64,000 nt of DNA from Camelus ferus (lineage: Eukaryota), in NCBI RefSeq assembly GCF_009834535.1, contig NC_045696.1, positions 106,456,001 to 106,520,000 on the forward strand. Direction: 5' to 3'. How positions within the stretch are numbered: the first letter of the stretch is position 1; each line of letters begins with the position of its first letter. This document shows, one piece after another, positions 24,109 through 37,577 of the stretch. Under the pieces are notes generated by a model, which searched no databases, was not told where the DNA came from, and worked only from the letters and a program-made list of their open reading frames with translations. A program made the position numbers and the translations under genes.

Positions 24109-24551
24109 TAGAGATTCTTGAGACAACCCTAAACCTTCTCAAAACCATGTAGCAAAATCCTGTTAACTTCGATCCTAGATTTCATAACTTATACCCACTG
24201 CAAGTTCTGAGGAGTTGGTGTGTAGGAAAATGGCTCCTGCCTCTTTGAGAAATGATAATTTGCATATCTGTGAATAACAGTAATTATTCTTTGTAGACTA
24301 GTACTACGTGCTAGATGCTTTACACATATTATTTTTAATCCTCCCAACAACCATGTGAGGTAGGTATCAGTCTACTTGACGGGGCTGCTGGGGCCAAGAG
24401 AGGTTTGTAACAGGCCCACTTCTGTACAGCTCGCTAGGGAATGCTCTGGCTCCAAATTTCCGGGGTCCCTCCTCCCCCTTTCCTTTGGGCCTTACTTCTC
24501 ACTTGGCCCATTGTAGTGTTGCATTGAAGCACAACAGGCTTTGAGTCTGTT

Positions 24552-26609
24552 TTATTTTTTTTTTTCTTTTTATGAAAACATAAAAAATTTTAATTCCTGT
24601 GGAAGATTTTTGCTCTTGATACATGTTCTTTTTTTTAAACATTTTTTTCTTTTCTTTTTTTTAAACTTTTTTTTATTGCGTTATAGTCATTTTACAATGT
24701 TGTATCAAATTCCAGTGTAGAGCACAATTTTTCAGTTGTACATGAACATATATGTATTCATCACATTTTTTTTTGTTGTTGTGAGCTACCGCAAAATCTT
24801 GTATATATTTTCCTGTTCTATACAGTATAATCTTGTTTATCTATTCTACACTTTGAAATTTCAGTCTGTCCCTTCCCACCCCCTGCCCCCTTGGCAACTA
24901 CAAGTTTGTATTCTATGTCTATGAGTCTGTTTCTGTTTTGTATTTGTTTGGGTTTTTTTTTTAGATTCCACATATGAGCAATCTCATATGGTATTTTTCT
25001 TTCTCTTTCTGGCTTATTTCACTTAGAATGACATTTTCCAGGAACATCCATGTTGCTGCAAATGGTGTTATGTTGTCGGTTTTCATGGCTGAATAGTATT
25101 CCATTGTATAAATATACCACTTCTTCTTTATCCAGTCATCTGTCGACGGACATTTAGGCTGTTCCCATGTCCCATGTCTTGGCTATTGTAAATAATGCTG
25201 CTATGAACATTGGGGTGCAGGTGTCATTTTGGAGTAGGGTTCCTTCTGGACATATGCCCAGGAGCAGGATTCCTGGGTCATATTGTAAGTCTATTCTTAG
25301 TCTTTTGAGGAATCTCCATACTGTTTTCCACAGTGGCTGCAGCAAACTGAATTCCCACCAGCAGTGTAGGAGGGTTCCCTTTTCTCCACAGCCTCTCAAG
25401 CATTTGTCATTTGTGGATTTTTGAATGATGGCCATTCTGAGTGGTGTGAGGTGATACCTCATTGTAGTTTTGATTTGCATTTCTCTGGTAATTAGTGATA
25501 TTGAACATTTTTTCATGTGCCTATTGATCATTTGTATTTCTTCCTTGGAGAATTGATGGTTTAGGTCTTCTGCCCATTTTTGGATTGGGTTGTTTGTTTT
25601 TTTCTTATTAAGTCATATGAGCTGCTTATATATTCTGGAGATCAAGCTTTTGTTTCATTTGCAAAAATTTTCTCCCATTCTGTAAGTCGTCGTCTTGTTT
25701 TACTTCTGGTTTCCTTTGCTGTGCAGAAGCTTGTTAGTTTAATTAGGTCCCATTTGTTTATTCTTGCTTTTATTTCTATTGCTTGGGTAGACTGCCCTAG
25801 GAGAACATTTTTGAGATGTATGTCAGATAATGTTTTGCCTATATTTTCTTCTAGGAGGTTTGTTGTATCTTGTCTTATGTTTAAGAGTTTGATCCATGTT
25901 GAGTTTATTTTTGTGTATGGTGTAAGGGAGTGTTCTAGCTTCATTGATTTACATGCTGCTGTCCAGTTTTCCCAACACCATTTGTTGAAGAGACTGTCTT
26001 TATTCCATTGTATATTCTTGCCTCCTTTGTTGAAGATTAGTTGACCAAAAGTTTGTGGGTTCATTTCTGGGCTCTTTATTCTGTTCCATTGGTCCATATG
26101 TCTGTTTTTGTGCCAATACCATGCTGTTTTGATTACTGTAGCTCTAGTATTTTATGAAGTCTGGGAGAGTTATTCCTCCAGCCTCTTTCTTTTTCTTCAG
26201 TAATGTTTTGGCAATTCTAGGTTTTTTGTAATTCCATATAAATTTTATTATGATTTGTTCTAGTTCTGTGAAATATGTCCTGGGTAATTTGATAGGGATT
26301 GCATTAAATCTGTAGATTGCCTTGGGCAGTATGGCCATTTTAATAATATTGATTCTTCCAATCCAGGAGTATGGGATATCTTTTCATTTTAAAGCTGCCT
26401 TTAATTTCTTTAATCAGTGTTTTACAGTTTTCCGTGTATAAGTCTTTCACCTCCTTGGTTAGATTTACTCCTAGGTATTTTATTACTTTGGGTGCTATTT
26501 TAATGGGGATTGTTTCTTTGCTTTCTTTTTCTGTTGATTCATCGTTAGTGTAAAGAAATGCAACTGATTTTTGAACATTAATCTTGTAACCTGCTACCTT
26601 GCTGAATTC
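24552..26609 (-). mobile_element. 5'-truncated young L1 (~2 kb; ORF2 C-terminal part with frameshifts) with a 15-bp TSD
   Basis: ORFs 26144..26338, 25642..26097 and 25154..25531 encode L1 ORF2 ([29 protein letters not shown]). TSD GGCTTTGAGTCTGTT at 24537-24551 and 26610-26624. Confidence 0.96.
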
Positions 26610-26620
26610 GGCTTTGAGTC

Positions 26621-27194
26621 TGTTGACTGAAAAAAAGGCATAACATAAAAGTTGAGAGTTATGTTTTATTTCAGGACTTACTAAGGACTTAAGCCCTGGA
26701 GACAGGCTCTCAGATAGCTCTGTAGGACTTTTCCAGAGAGGTAAGGGTTGGGGGAAGGCATAGCTCAGTGTTAGAGTGCATGCCTAGCATACATGAGGTC
26801 TTGGGTTCAAGCCCCAACACCTCTATTTTAAAAATAAGTAAATAAACCCAATTACCTGCCTTCCCTCCACCCCTCAAAAAAAGAGATAAAGGAGGAGTGA
26901 GGACATACAAGAGTTCAAACAAAAAACCCAAGTTGTAGAACATCAAAAGATTACTGCTAACTACAGAAAACCAGGGACCCCAAGTTGATTTTAGCCCTTT
27001 TATATGTATGGGAAGATGTAAGAGTCTGGGCTCATTGAAATCATTCCTTTGACCTTCACCTTAACTATCTAGGACCAGTGTCCTGTTTTTCCTCCATCCT
27101 GAATCCCCTTAGGGTTCACAGTCAGGGGCTGATGGCTTGAGGGCTGCAACATCCTTTGTTTACTGATATGGCAGGTGACATTTTTTTGTCCACA
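26621..27194 (-). mobile_element. MER41-like (ERV1) solo LTR, copy 2, containing a nested SINE
   Basis: TG...CA termini (tgttgactgaaa...ttgtccaca); similar to 22094-22527. Confidence 0.8.
26750..26883 (+). mobile_element. Vic-1-type SINE nested in the LTR
   Basis: GGGGGAAGGCATAGCTCAGTGTTAGAGTGCATGCCTAGCATACATGAGGTCTTGGGTTCAAGCCCC plus a bipartite A-rich tail. Confidence 0.9.
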
Positions 27195-27199
27195 TGTCA

Positions 27200-27385
27200 G
27201 ATAGACATGATTCAACTGCCAGCTCCATTAGTCACTAGAAGAATGACTGGGCGAGTCATGTAACCTCTCTGAGCCTCAGTTTCCTCAGCTCTAATTGTGA
27301 TAATGATGCTTTGGGAGGTTGCTGTGGGAATGAAATGAGCTGAAGCACTTGCAAGTCCTGGCGTGGTGTTGGCACAATACAGAGT
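27200..27385 (+). mobile_element. MIR SINE
   Basis: 'gggcgagtcatgtaacctctctgagcctcagtttcctc' MIR core. Confidence 0.8.
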
Positions 27386-28288
27386 CCAACAGCATCTCAA
27401 CAAGTGATACTTTCTCTTTCTTCTTTATTCATCTCTGCATCTGCCATGGCACCTGGTACAAAGTAGGTACTCAAGAAATATTTGAGGACGTAAATTCAAA
27501 GGATTCTCCATGACCTTGTTTCATAGGGACGTTGTGAAGTTGGACCCTCTCCAAAAGCTCCCTGAAAGATCAAAAGCAGTTTTGAAGGATGTCAGAGCTC
27601 CTCACACTTAAAATCTTTAGGATGAAGCAGGAAGACAAGAAAAATCCTAAAAATAACAATAATCCTAAAATTCTGAAGTAAAATTCGCCAGGTGGAGTGC
27701 TGTTGATTTTCAAGAAATAGTGAGTTGAGGATTGCCAAGAGCCCAGAGGCAAGGGACAAAAACTGTGACGAGAATGGCTCTTGGGCTTGGAGGGCTGTCC
27801 AACAATGAATTGGCTGGAAACAGTGCACTTTTGTTAGTGTATGCTTGTTTAAGAGCAGTTAAAACATGTAAAACACAAGACTTTGAATACATAATGTTTG
27901 AATACGTGTTGGAGGGAGTGCATCCTCCCTGTGAGGCAGGAGTGGTTGGCTGAGGTCTTGGAATCTCAGGGTCTCAGGAGGGCGAGCGTGTGGCAGGTGT
28001 GCTGCCTGTCCCCAGCCAGTTCCATGACAGACACTGCTCCCTGGTCATGGCATGCTTGAGTCCTTCTCACCAGTCACTTGGAATCAGTCTGAGTTGACAT
28101 TTCAGATCCAGTCATTTGTTGTCCCTGGCTCCGAACAGGGGAGACTTTTGTGCCCGTTTAGTACCCAAGGTTCAAAGACCCCCCTCTTCCCTCCAGGGAA
28201 GCTTCAGTCTAGTCTCCTGACATGGCCAGGTCATGGCACCAAAGCTTCTAGAACCTCTCAGGATGCCAGTAAGATTTTAGTGAAGTGT

Positions 28289-29052
28289 GGTAGTTCCCCC
28301 TTATCCATGGGGTACACATTCCAAGGCCCCCAGTGGATGCCTGTACCCACGGATAGCACCTAACCCTACATACACTATATTTTTCCTGTACCTACATACC
28401 TATCATAAAGTTTAATTTATAAATTAAGCACAGTAAGAGATTGCTGTTAAACAATAACTAGTAATAAAATAGAACAATAGAATAATATACTGTAATAAAA
28501 GTTATGTGAATGTGGTCTCTCTCTCAAAATATTTTATTGTATGTATTTAATGCCTTTTTGATCTTAGCTGAGCATTTATCATGCACTGTGGCTGTGATTT
28601 CTGCAGTTTGAGTTACGACAGCAAAACTAGCAGGGATTTCTTTTTCCTTCTTCATAACTTCACGGTAGAAGAGTCGTCTGAACCGTTAAGTCTTAACAAC
28701 CTCAGCATATTTTTTCTTCCCTTGTGTCAAGAACTTTCACCATTTCACTTAGTGGAAGCACTTTACGGCTTCTCTTTGGCATATCCAAATTGCCTGCATC
28801 ACTACTCTCGAGCATCTGGGGCCATTATTAAGTAAAATAAGGGCTACCTGAACACAAGCACTGTGATACCATGACAGTCAGTCTGATAACCAGGATGGCT
28901 ACTAAGTGACTAATGGGCAGTACATGCTGGACAAAGGGATGAGGATGACTTACTTCCTGGATGGGACAGAGTGAGATAAGAGTGGGACGGCATGAGATTT
29001 CATCACGCTACTCAGGACAGTCACAATTTAAAACTCAGCTGGAATTTTCATT
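28289..29052. mobile_element. Tigger7/MER44-type TcMar DNA transposon relic
   Basis: 'tagttcccccttatccatggggtacacattccaaggcccccagtggatgcctg...aaagtttaatttataaattaagcacagtaagagatt' matches the recalled Tigger7/MER44 end. Confidence 0.8.
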
Positions 29053-29989
29053 TGCAGTCCTTTTTAAAAGCAGTTCCTAGGTGATTAAAAGTAGAGTGAA
29101 TTTAGTTTCATTTCTTTTAAAATCTTATTTCCCTAAAACTTCGTATATATACACAATTCTCCCACCATCACCCTAGTGTGAAGAAGTTATTTTATCAGAT
29201 ACTTTCAGTCAATCAACTCTGTGCTAGGCATAAAGTTACTTTTTTTTCTTCTATTATAGTCTAGAGGTCTCCCATTCCTTAGCACATCCTGGTTGAGAAT
29301 CAAAGACTATGAAATTGACTTTGTTCTTACTGATACACCTTTAATCCGTAAACACAAAACAAAGAAGCTCGTGTATTGCACAAAATATTCAAATATTAAC
29401 ACACAAAAAGGGGGAGATCAAAACATAAGAAGAGATGTCTAAACCAATAGTTTGGTGAGGAGTATAGATTGAAAATAAAAATTTTTTAAAGCTAACACTG
29501 TCTCCTAATAGGAGACAAGACATCCGGTAATGGCCATTGATTAGTTCTTTGTTTGCCTTTGTTTTTTACCTAAAGACCTGTGAAGAGGTACCTTAGAGTT
29601 ATGGAGATTGTGAAGAAATTCTCATCCTGGAAGCGTCCACCTCTATATATCAGATGTATGTAAAGTAACATCTTCAGAGACATCTTCAGAAATACTTTCA
29701 ATTAAGTTTTCAAAGTTAAGAATTTCCTGGTTTAGTGTTGGGTTTAAGGGCTGCCAAGATTTGCCTATTACTTACTCAATGCTTTTGTGTTTCATCTTTG
29801 TACATAAGCAGATATGTCCCTCTTAATGTGACTGTTGCTACTCCCAGTTATGTAGGGGAGTGTGGGAACCCTGACGGCTGCCCAGGAATGCTGTGATGCT
29901 GGAAGGCTGGATGCAGTACACTGACTGTCTCAAATTCTCAGGCTTTGAGCCATGCATTATACCTAGTGATCCATAACGTCCTGTTTAAT

Positions 29990-31225
29990 GAGGTCTGTAT
30001 CTGATGCTCTTCATTTCTTCCTGAAGATCCTAGTTTGCATCTGGTATCATTTCCTTTCAGTCTGAAGAACTTCCTCTAACATTTTTTTGTATAGTAGATC
30101 TGCTGGCACTGCATTCTCGTGATTTCCTTTTATCAGAAAACTGTATTTTCCCTTCACTCTTAAAAGATATTCAAGCTGAATATAGCATTTTAGGCTGACA
30201 GGTTTTTCTTCCAGCACCTTAATTATATCAAACCACTGCCTTCTGGCCTCCATTGTTTCTTTTTGATATTGTCTTACAAGCCCCTGATGTTTTTCCTTTC
30301 TGTTCTTGGATAATTTCTACGAATCTATCTTCAAGTTAACGGATGATTTCCTGTCATCTCCATTTTGCTTGTAAGTTCATTTTTTATTTCAGGTATTATT
30401 TTTCAGTTCTAGAATTTCGTTTGAAAAAAAAAAGTTTCTCTTTCTGCTGATGTTTTGTATCTTTTCATTCATTATGAGCATATTTTCTTCTATGTATTTC
30501 AGCATAGTTACAATAGCCGCTTTAAAATTCTTGTCTAATTCCAACATCTAGGTTATATTGAAGTCAGTCTCCATTGATTGCCTTTTCTACTAAAAATGGT
30601 TCATGTCATGTGCATATAAAATAATTTGGATTCTATTTTGGATGTTGTAAATGTTACATTCTAAAGGTTTTACTTTTCCAGAGTATCGATCTGTTTGTTT
30701 GTTTGAGTTGACAGTTAACTTGCTTGTATTCAAATTGCAAACTCTGTTTCTTGGGGACGTTTCAAATCTCCATTCTTTTTTTTTTTTTAACTTAAGCCAG
30801 CTGTTTCCAGTCAGCATTGTTGTTGTATAGTTCAGAGTTTAGTCAGAGATTTAGAGGAAAGTTTGTCTTAGACCTTATCCCTCTGAGTGTCTTCCTTCCA
30901 GAATTCCTCCCGCCCTTTATGGTAGCTAGAGTTACTTTGAACTCTGCTTCGATTCTTCAGGCCACAAAAACTATTGGTTTTCTAACAAAGTTTGAGCTGC
31001 TCTTTGCTGCCTGACTTTGTCCTTTCCTTGGGCCAGAAGCCACAAAAACTCGCTTGGCATGAGTTTCCTTTCTTCCAAGTGTCACCTGCCCTCCTGAATA
31101 TGCCCGTCTTTGTGCACTCTTTAGTGGATTCAGGTGGTTGCTTTTTCTATTTTCTACAGAGTTTATATTTGTTATCTGCAGGAGGATCGGTCCGGTAGGA
31201 GGTTTCTAAGCCATACTGGAAGCTC
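29990..31225 (-). mobile_element. Old L1M fragments
   Basis: ORF 30047..30253 (MEARRQWFDIIKVLEEK...YLLRVKGK) is a decayed L1 ORF1 C-terminal motif. Confidence 0.7.
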
Positions 31226-31698
31226 CTTCAAACCACTTTGGTAATAATTTTTGTGCCAGGCAAAAACCTGAAGTCAAAAAACATGTGGAGAAGCACAGAT
31301 TGTAGACCATGAGAGGAAGACCTATATACATGAAGTCCTGCATACAACATGGAATGTGGGTTCAGTTTTCTCACAGGTGATTCCTTTTCTGTCTTTGGTC
31401 CATGACTAGTGGCACATTTCTGGTCAGTGTTTGTGGGCCAATGAGGGCATTATTTCTATTCCCCTTTATGCAGTGAGCTCAGTTCAAATATCAAATGTGT
31501 GGGGTCTGAGACTTCCCAGAGGAGGTTAAAATACAAACTACATGATGGGTATCTTGTGGAAACCCCCCTGTGGGCCATTTGGCATCAACTCTCACTCATC
31601 AATCTGACTTTGAGTTCTTTCTTCATTTCCAGCACTTGCAGGTGACCTGCTCCAGTTTGGCTAAAGAGTAAAAAAAAAATTTTTTTTTGGTTCAGTTT

Positions 31699-32589
31699 TG
31701 TACAGCCTTCTTACCCCCTAAACCCCCTTGCCTCTTGTTTACTGGAAAGCTGAAGTCTCCTAGGCCTCCCTGAGTCATACGAGAGCAGGCTTAAGCAGTT
31801 GATTAGGACAAGCCTGTAGGCACTGGGGAATGGCGATGACTCTCACCACGTATCTCAACGATTAACTGAGATTATTCTTTCATTTCCTTTTAAAACTTTC
31901 ATGTCTGAACAGAATCTTTGGCGACGGCTTTGCCGAGTCCGCAAGGTTGCAGGTATTCTGGTTAAAAGCAACTTTTCTTTTTGTTACCAAGGCTGTTGTT
32001 CCCAGGGTCATACCCCTGCCCCTCCCTCAAATAGAAACCAATTACTCTTGTCTAAGTATCAGGAGGCAGCAGCAGAGAAGAAACAAGAAATGTTTAGAAT
32101 CCAGTCCAAGATGGTGGAGGATTTGACTTCCAGTGGACCTTGCATCTCATCATATGCTTATCGTAATATATTAGCATGCTAAGTAACACACCCACCAGCG
32201 CCATGACAGTAGACGGTTGCCATGACAACAACCAGAAAAGCCCATACAAGGACTGAAAAACTCACACAAGGCCTGATGGTCTCCATCACAACCAGAACAA
32301 GGACATGATGGTGGAAGCATCTCATAAAAGTCCACATGGCCTGACCTGGGCGAGCTGTCCCTACTGCCCAACTTGGCTGATGGCTTCCCACTTGAGCACC
32401 TCTTCCTTGCTTGAGTGCTTTTTTTTCCTCTTCTCTCTGCTTGAGAACTTTCCTTCCTTTTCCCCTTCTGAGCAATAAAGCAGCTGTTCACTTAGTCCCT
32501 CTGCCTCTGCTGTGTGAATTCTTTCAGTCGGCAGCAAGAACCCACACTTTGGTGGGCCTCCTAATTTAGGGGTCCCTCCATCCACTAAC

Positions 32590-32590
<1 letters not shown>
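31699..32590 (+). mobile_element. Long ERV solo LTR-like element
   Basis: TATA-like cataaaa near 32323; AATAAA at 32474-32479; U5-like 'gtgtgaattctttc...aagaaccc'; ends in ...aaCA. The 5' boundary is uncertain. Confidence 0.65.
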
Positions 32591-32591
<1 letters not shown>

Positions 32592-32654
<63 letters not shown>

Positions 32655-32678
32655 GTTATCTATCTATCTAATCATCTA
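32592..32678. repeat. (TATC)n / GATA microsatellite
   Basis: About 15 perfect TATC units plus a degenerate tail. Confidence 0.97.
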
Positions 32679-33696
32679 CTTTGGTGGGTGAGAGAAGGAA
32701 GTAAAAAAAGTTTGGTTTCTGTTTCAAAGAACTTTCCCAAAGAGTGATGATTCATTTACGTTACACACCCTCATGGTAAACCCTGTTCTCCTGGCTTTCA
32801 TGACAGTTTGAGTTCAATGTAAGATGTGTGATAGATGCTTTTCTGAGGTCCAGTGTATTCACTTGGGCCTATGTGAAGGGTTCCTCCTGTTCTTGATCTC
32901 ATATGAAAGGTATTGATATTTTGGCTTCAAGAACAAATTAAAAAATCATAAATAAAACTTGTGTTTGATTTGGGTCTGGACTGATTACGAAGGGCTGATT
33001 ACAAAGGAACCATTTAGCAATAATGGTCTCAGATATTTAAGTAGTCTGTGGAACTACAATTAATTAAGGGACTGCTGATTTGAAGAACTATGAGACCAAC
33101 AAGGGAATAAGGGGAGAATTTTAGCAAAAATGCTAATAATCTGCTCACAGCTGCAATATCTATAAATAAAATAGAGGGAGAGGATAAAAGAATTATTCAT
33201 ATAATAAGAATTATATGAAAATGTTAAATCAAATATGCATATAAACCAGGAAATTTTCTCTATTAAATTTGCCACTTAATTTATTGCCATTCAATACAAT
33301 GCTTATAAGGAAAGTAATGATTTAAGGCAGAAGACTAGTTACATTGCTGCTGTTCAGAACTTCTTAAGAGCAAAAGAATATTTATCAGCTTCTCTGCTTT
33401 AATTGTCTTAAGACATGTTATTTTCTAACTTGAACATCTATGTTATCCTTTGAAAAGTCCAAGCAGAAAATAAAATCATATAGAAAGCCAGCAACTTCAT
33501 CAATATATCCAGACAGATGTTTGCTGGTGGCTTTTGGTATCTAAACCCCTTTTTCCTCACGTTGCATAGATGCTGTTTTTCTAGGCACAGCCCTGGTAGT
33601 AATGAAAACCTGGTTGGTGCACAGAACTTTCACTGCTCCTGCAAGTTGAGGATTTATTCTCTCCAAGTGGATTGAATTTTGCTTTTTTAGAAGTCA

Positions 33697-33992
33697 AAGT
33701 TTTATTATTTTATTGAAGTCTAGTTGGTTTACAATGTTGTGTTAGTTTCTGCTGTATAGCATAGTGATTCAGTTATACATGTATTCTTTTTTGTATTCTT
33801 TTTCTTCATAGGTTATTAAAAGCTATTGAATACAGTTCCCTGTGCTATCCAGTAAGACCTTATTGTTTTCCTATTTTATATATAGTAGTTTGTATCTGCT
33901 AATCCCAAACTCCTAATTTATCCCTCCCTCTACCTTTCCCCTTTGGTAACCATAAGTTTTCTACATCTGTGAGTCTGTTTCTGTTTTGTACA
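33697..33992 (-). mobile_element. L1 3' end
   Basis: 'ttttattgaagtctagttggtttacaatgttgtgttagtttctg...tgtgagtctgtttctgttttgta'. Confidence 0.88.
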
Positions 33993-35494
33993 GAGCTTTA
34001 TTTTTGTTTGACTTTCTCTCACCACTTTGGATGGCATTTCTTGCACGTGGGAAGACATGTACCTGGCATGATAACAGTACCAAGTTTCTTTTCACATTTT
34101 CTGCATGCCATCCTTCAGGTGATGGCTCCCTTAGCCATAGAAACACAGCTTTTTTTTTTTTTTTTTAAATTAGAGTCAGGATGCTTTCCTTTTGGCAGAT
34201 TTCCAGGAATGGGACCACTTGGTCACAAAGAATGAACCAGGTAGCAACTTGGAGTATGTTGCCAAAGAGGCCGTGAGGGTCATTCTGACACCACCTTTCC
34301 AGTGAACCCTTTACTGGCTTCTTTCTGTCCCATTGGCTGTGCCCATTTGCAGATGGATTGGACTGGTCTGTCTGCACAAGGGCTACTGGTGGGAGGGGTC
34401 TGCCAGCCCTCAGGAGAAGACACAGTCACATACCCACCACTGGTTTTCACATCATCTCTATCTGCATTCGACCTTCCCACCCTCACCCTTCAAAATGTTT
34501 GCTGGACATTTTTCTTTTTCTCACGCTCTCCTAATTATGACTTAACTCCTAAGACTTGGGCAAACACTCCCAGTATCATAAGGAGTTGGCTGGCTGGGCA
34601 GTCTTTGTCCCATTATGGTATTTTATTCACCCTTCAGCCAGACTCCATCCTCTTTACCAGAGCCATTGCCATGGCAACTGTCCTCCTCTGGGCAATGAGT
34701 ATGGGTGGCAACGTCCTAGATGATTAATATGTTTGATATTTTACCTTTCAAAAAGTTCTTTGGGGAAATTCAAGTTGGCTTGTTGAACAAGATAAATAAG
34801 CCTTTTATTGTCAACAAGGGCTAAGGGCGGCAGCTTTGATAACAGCAAAAGCCTGGACTGGTCACAAAAATGAGAGCAGAGTGAGCAGGTCACATCCAGC
34901 TCCACTTGAGACAAGAAAGGAATGGAAAAAACTCCTGATGGTGGGGGAAACTGACTCACATCCCAGAGTGCTGGGGAGTCCGAACCTAAGATTAGTGCTG
35001 AGATGAAATGAGCCTCAGCTCACACCCGATCTCTGTGATCTTTGGGTGGCGTTTGGCTGCTACCACTGGAGGGGTCAGAGATTTCACCTGCGGACAGTGC
35101 ATCTTGGGGGCCCTGGACCTTTCCCTGACCCTCTGGGTGGCTTCACACCCCAGCCCTCTTTAGCCGAGAAGCCCTGACATGTATATCCATGCCACACAGC
35201 TCACTGAGAGTTTTGCAGAGGCTGAACGCGTCAGCTCAGAGGGACCAGCTAGCCTGATGTCCGCCCCCACCCCATCCATCTGTCTGTCCACCATTTACAA
35301 TAGATTTCCTCTTGTTTGACATTTTTTTAAACTTGAGAATTAAAGATTGAAATTTTACAGTATGTTTTGTTTTAGGTATTATGTTTTTTGGTTTCGTAGA
35401 CAAATACTTTTTCCTTTAAAGTAGATTTCCTTCTTTCCTTCCTTCCTTCCTTCCCCCCTTTCTATGTATGTATGTATGTATGTATTTTAGTGGG

Positions 35495-35805
35495 ATTCAC
35501 TCTGGCATAGTGGAAAGAGAGTGAGGTATGGAGCCAGATAAGCCTTGACTGGAATTCATGCTTTTCTATTAGCTATGTGGTTTTGACATAGGGTGACCAG
35601 ATGTCCTAGTTTGCTGAGGGCTGAGGGTTTTCCTGGAAGGCAAGACTTTCAGTGCTAAACCCGGGACAGTCTTGGACAAACCAGGACAGTTGATCACCTT
35701 ACTTAGGCAAGACATTTTGACTCTCTGAGCCTTATTTTCTTCATCTGTGAAATGAGGATGATAATACCTGTTCCATGGGTTATTTTGAGGATTGGAACTA
35801 GTGAA
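35495..35805 (+). mobile_element. MIR split by a MER81 insertion
   Basis: 'ggcatagtggaaagag...tagctatgtgg' [insert] 'ttaggcaagacattttgactctctgagccttattttcttcatctgtgaaatgaggatgataata'. Confidence 0.75.
35589..35701 (-). mobile_element. MER81 (hAT-Blackjack MITE)
   Basis: TAGGGTGACCA...TGATCACCTTA terminal inverted repeats, 113 bp, internal 'gactttcagtgctaaa'. Confidence 0.85.
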
Positions 35806-37437
35806 CAAGAAAGGCCTGAAACTGATCTACTAGATCTCAATAGATGATAATGATAGCAATACTAATATTAGTAATTTTCTGTGTTTTTTAAGCCTCAGAG
35901 TGATCTTTCACCATCATTCATTTCTGCCATCGATGCTTTTCCTTAATCTCTAACGTTTGTTCAGGAGAGGGGAGTTTATTTTGTTTTCTTCATTTTAATG
36001 TAAGTCTAGGTTTCTAAAACGTTGCTTTTCCTAATTAGAAAAAAAGCTACTAAATCTTGCTTCCTAACATCTGAGTGGAGTCTAAGGGTACCACACCAAC
36101 TGAGATCCAGATTATCCTTTAGAAACATTGAGGAACTCATTAAGGCCCCTCAGTCTTCCTCTTCACATACAAGACACATGGCTTTCACCAGCCCCTTCTT
36201 TACTGGATGCAGGTCTGATGTGTTCCAGGAACTGAAGGTTTGGGAGCTGAGAGTCTGCTCTACACAGGGGAGTGGAGGTCCAGGCCACCTGCCTACATGA
36301 GGTCACCTGATCCCACAGCAAGCTCTCCTGGCTCTTTTGGGTTGGCCCTTCTGTCCAGAAAAAGGAGTTGGAAACTGGGGAGGCCAGTGAAGTGGGAATG
36401 TGTGGCCTTGAGGGGAAAGTAAGAGGTTAAACCTGGGTGTGGACTCCAACGTTTGTTCTGGCTCCCCTGACTCTCTGCTGGTCCTTGTCCACTTTGTGAG
36501 TGTGGGTTTCTGCTCTCCCATCTTCAAGGATGAGTAGAGGGGCTGAAATAGAGAAATAAATGCCAAAGTCTCTCCAAAGGGGGAGAAAAACTAAACAGCA
36601 CCATAGAGGTCAGTTTCTGGGCCTGTGAGCATTTTATTTTATTGGTTCAGAATAAACAGAGAGCTCTACTCGTAGCCAGGACTTATCAGCCCCCTTCTGC
36701 CAACCTGCCTGAGATGGTCAGGTCTCCAGGTAACCGGCTGCACCTGCCCTTGTGGATTTCCTGCTGGGATGTTATTATCATTTTTAAATTGAGGTAAAAA
36801 AAAACTCATAACATAAAATTTACCGTAATATTATTTATTATTTACCATAATATTATTCATTACTATTTTCAAGTTTCTGATTCTCTGTAAGTTCTTAGTT
36901 TTGTTTTTATCCTCTGGATATAAAATGAAGACATTCTCATAGAAGAAAATTTGAAAAGTACTAAAAAGTATAAAGAAAAAGAATCATATCACTTTAAAAG
37001 CAACCACTTTAAAATATTTGGAATATATTTCTTTCCAGGGCATTGTTCAATGCACTATTTAAAAGAATTAGTATCTCAAAAAATCTTAATTTAATGGGTG
37101 TCTATTAGTTTACACATATAAACTATTACTTATTTAGTTGGATTTCAGGTGGATCCAGTTTCACTATTCTAAACTATTGATACATATCTTTGGGCAGAAA
37201 TATTTATAATTATTTCCTTAGGGGAAATGATAAAAAGAGAATTGCTGGATTAAAGGACAAATATTTTTAGCCTTCTTTCATGTTAGCTATTACATTATTT
37301 TTACATTTCCCCCCCAAACCTAAGTTAAAAAATAAGACAAAGTATGATGTTCTCTATAGAAGGGATTTGTATGTTCCTCATCTCCAAGTAGGACCCAACT
37401 TTCCCTGAAAGGTTCTCCAAGGAAGAAATCTCTGATT

Positions 37438-37577
37438 TCTTAAAAAAAATTTTTTTCGGGGGGTGGAGGAGATAATTAGGTTTATTTATTTATTTTTAGA
37501 GGAGGTACTGGGAATTGAACCCGGGACCTCGTGCATGCTAAGCATGCACTCCATTACTTGAGTTACACCCTCCCCCT
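37438..37577 (-). mobile_element. Vic-1-type SINE with a 14-bp TSD
   Basis: TSD AGAAATCTCTGATT at 37424-37437 and 37578-37591; tRNA-like head. Confidence 0.93.

Noticed and set aside
25154..26600. Functional L1 ORF2
   Set aside because: 5'-truncated and broken into several frames; no ORF1 or promoter.
29499..29517. Near-perfect palindrome TGTCTCCTA-A-TAGGAGACA
   Set aside because: 9-bp arms can occur by chance in 64 kb, and there is no supporting context.
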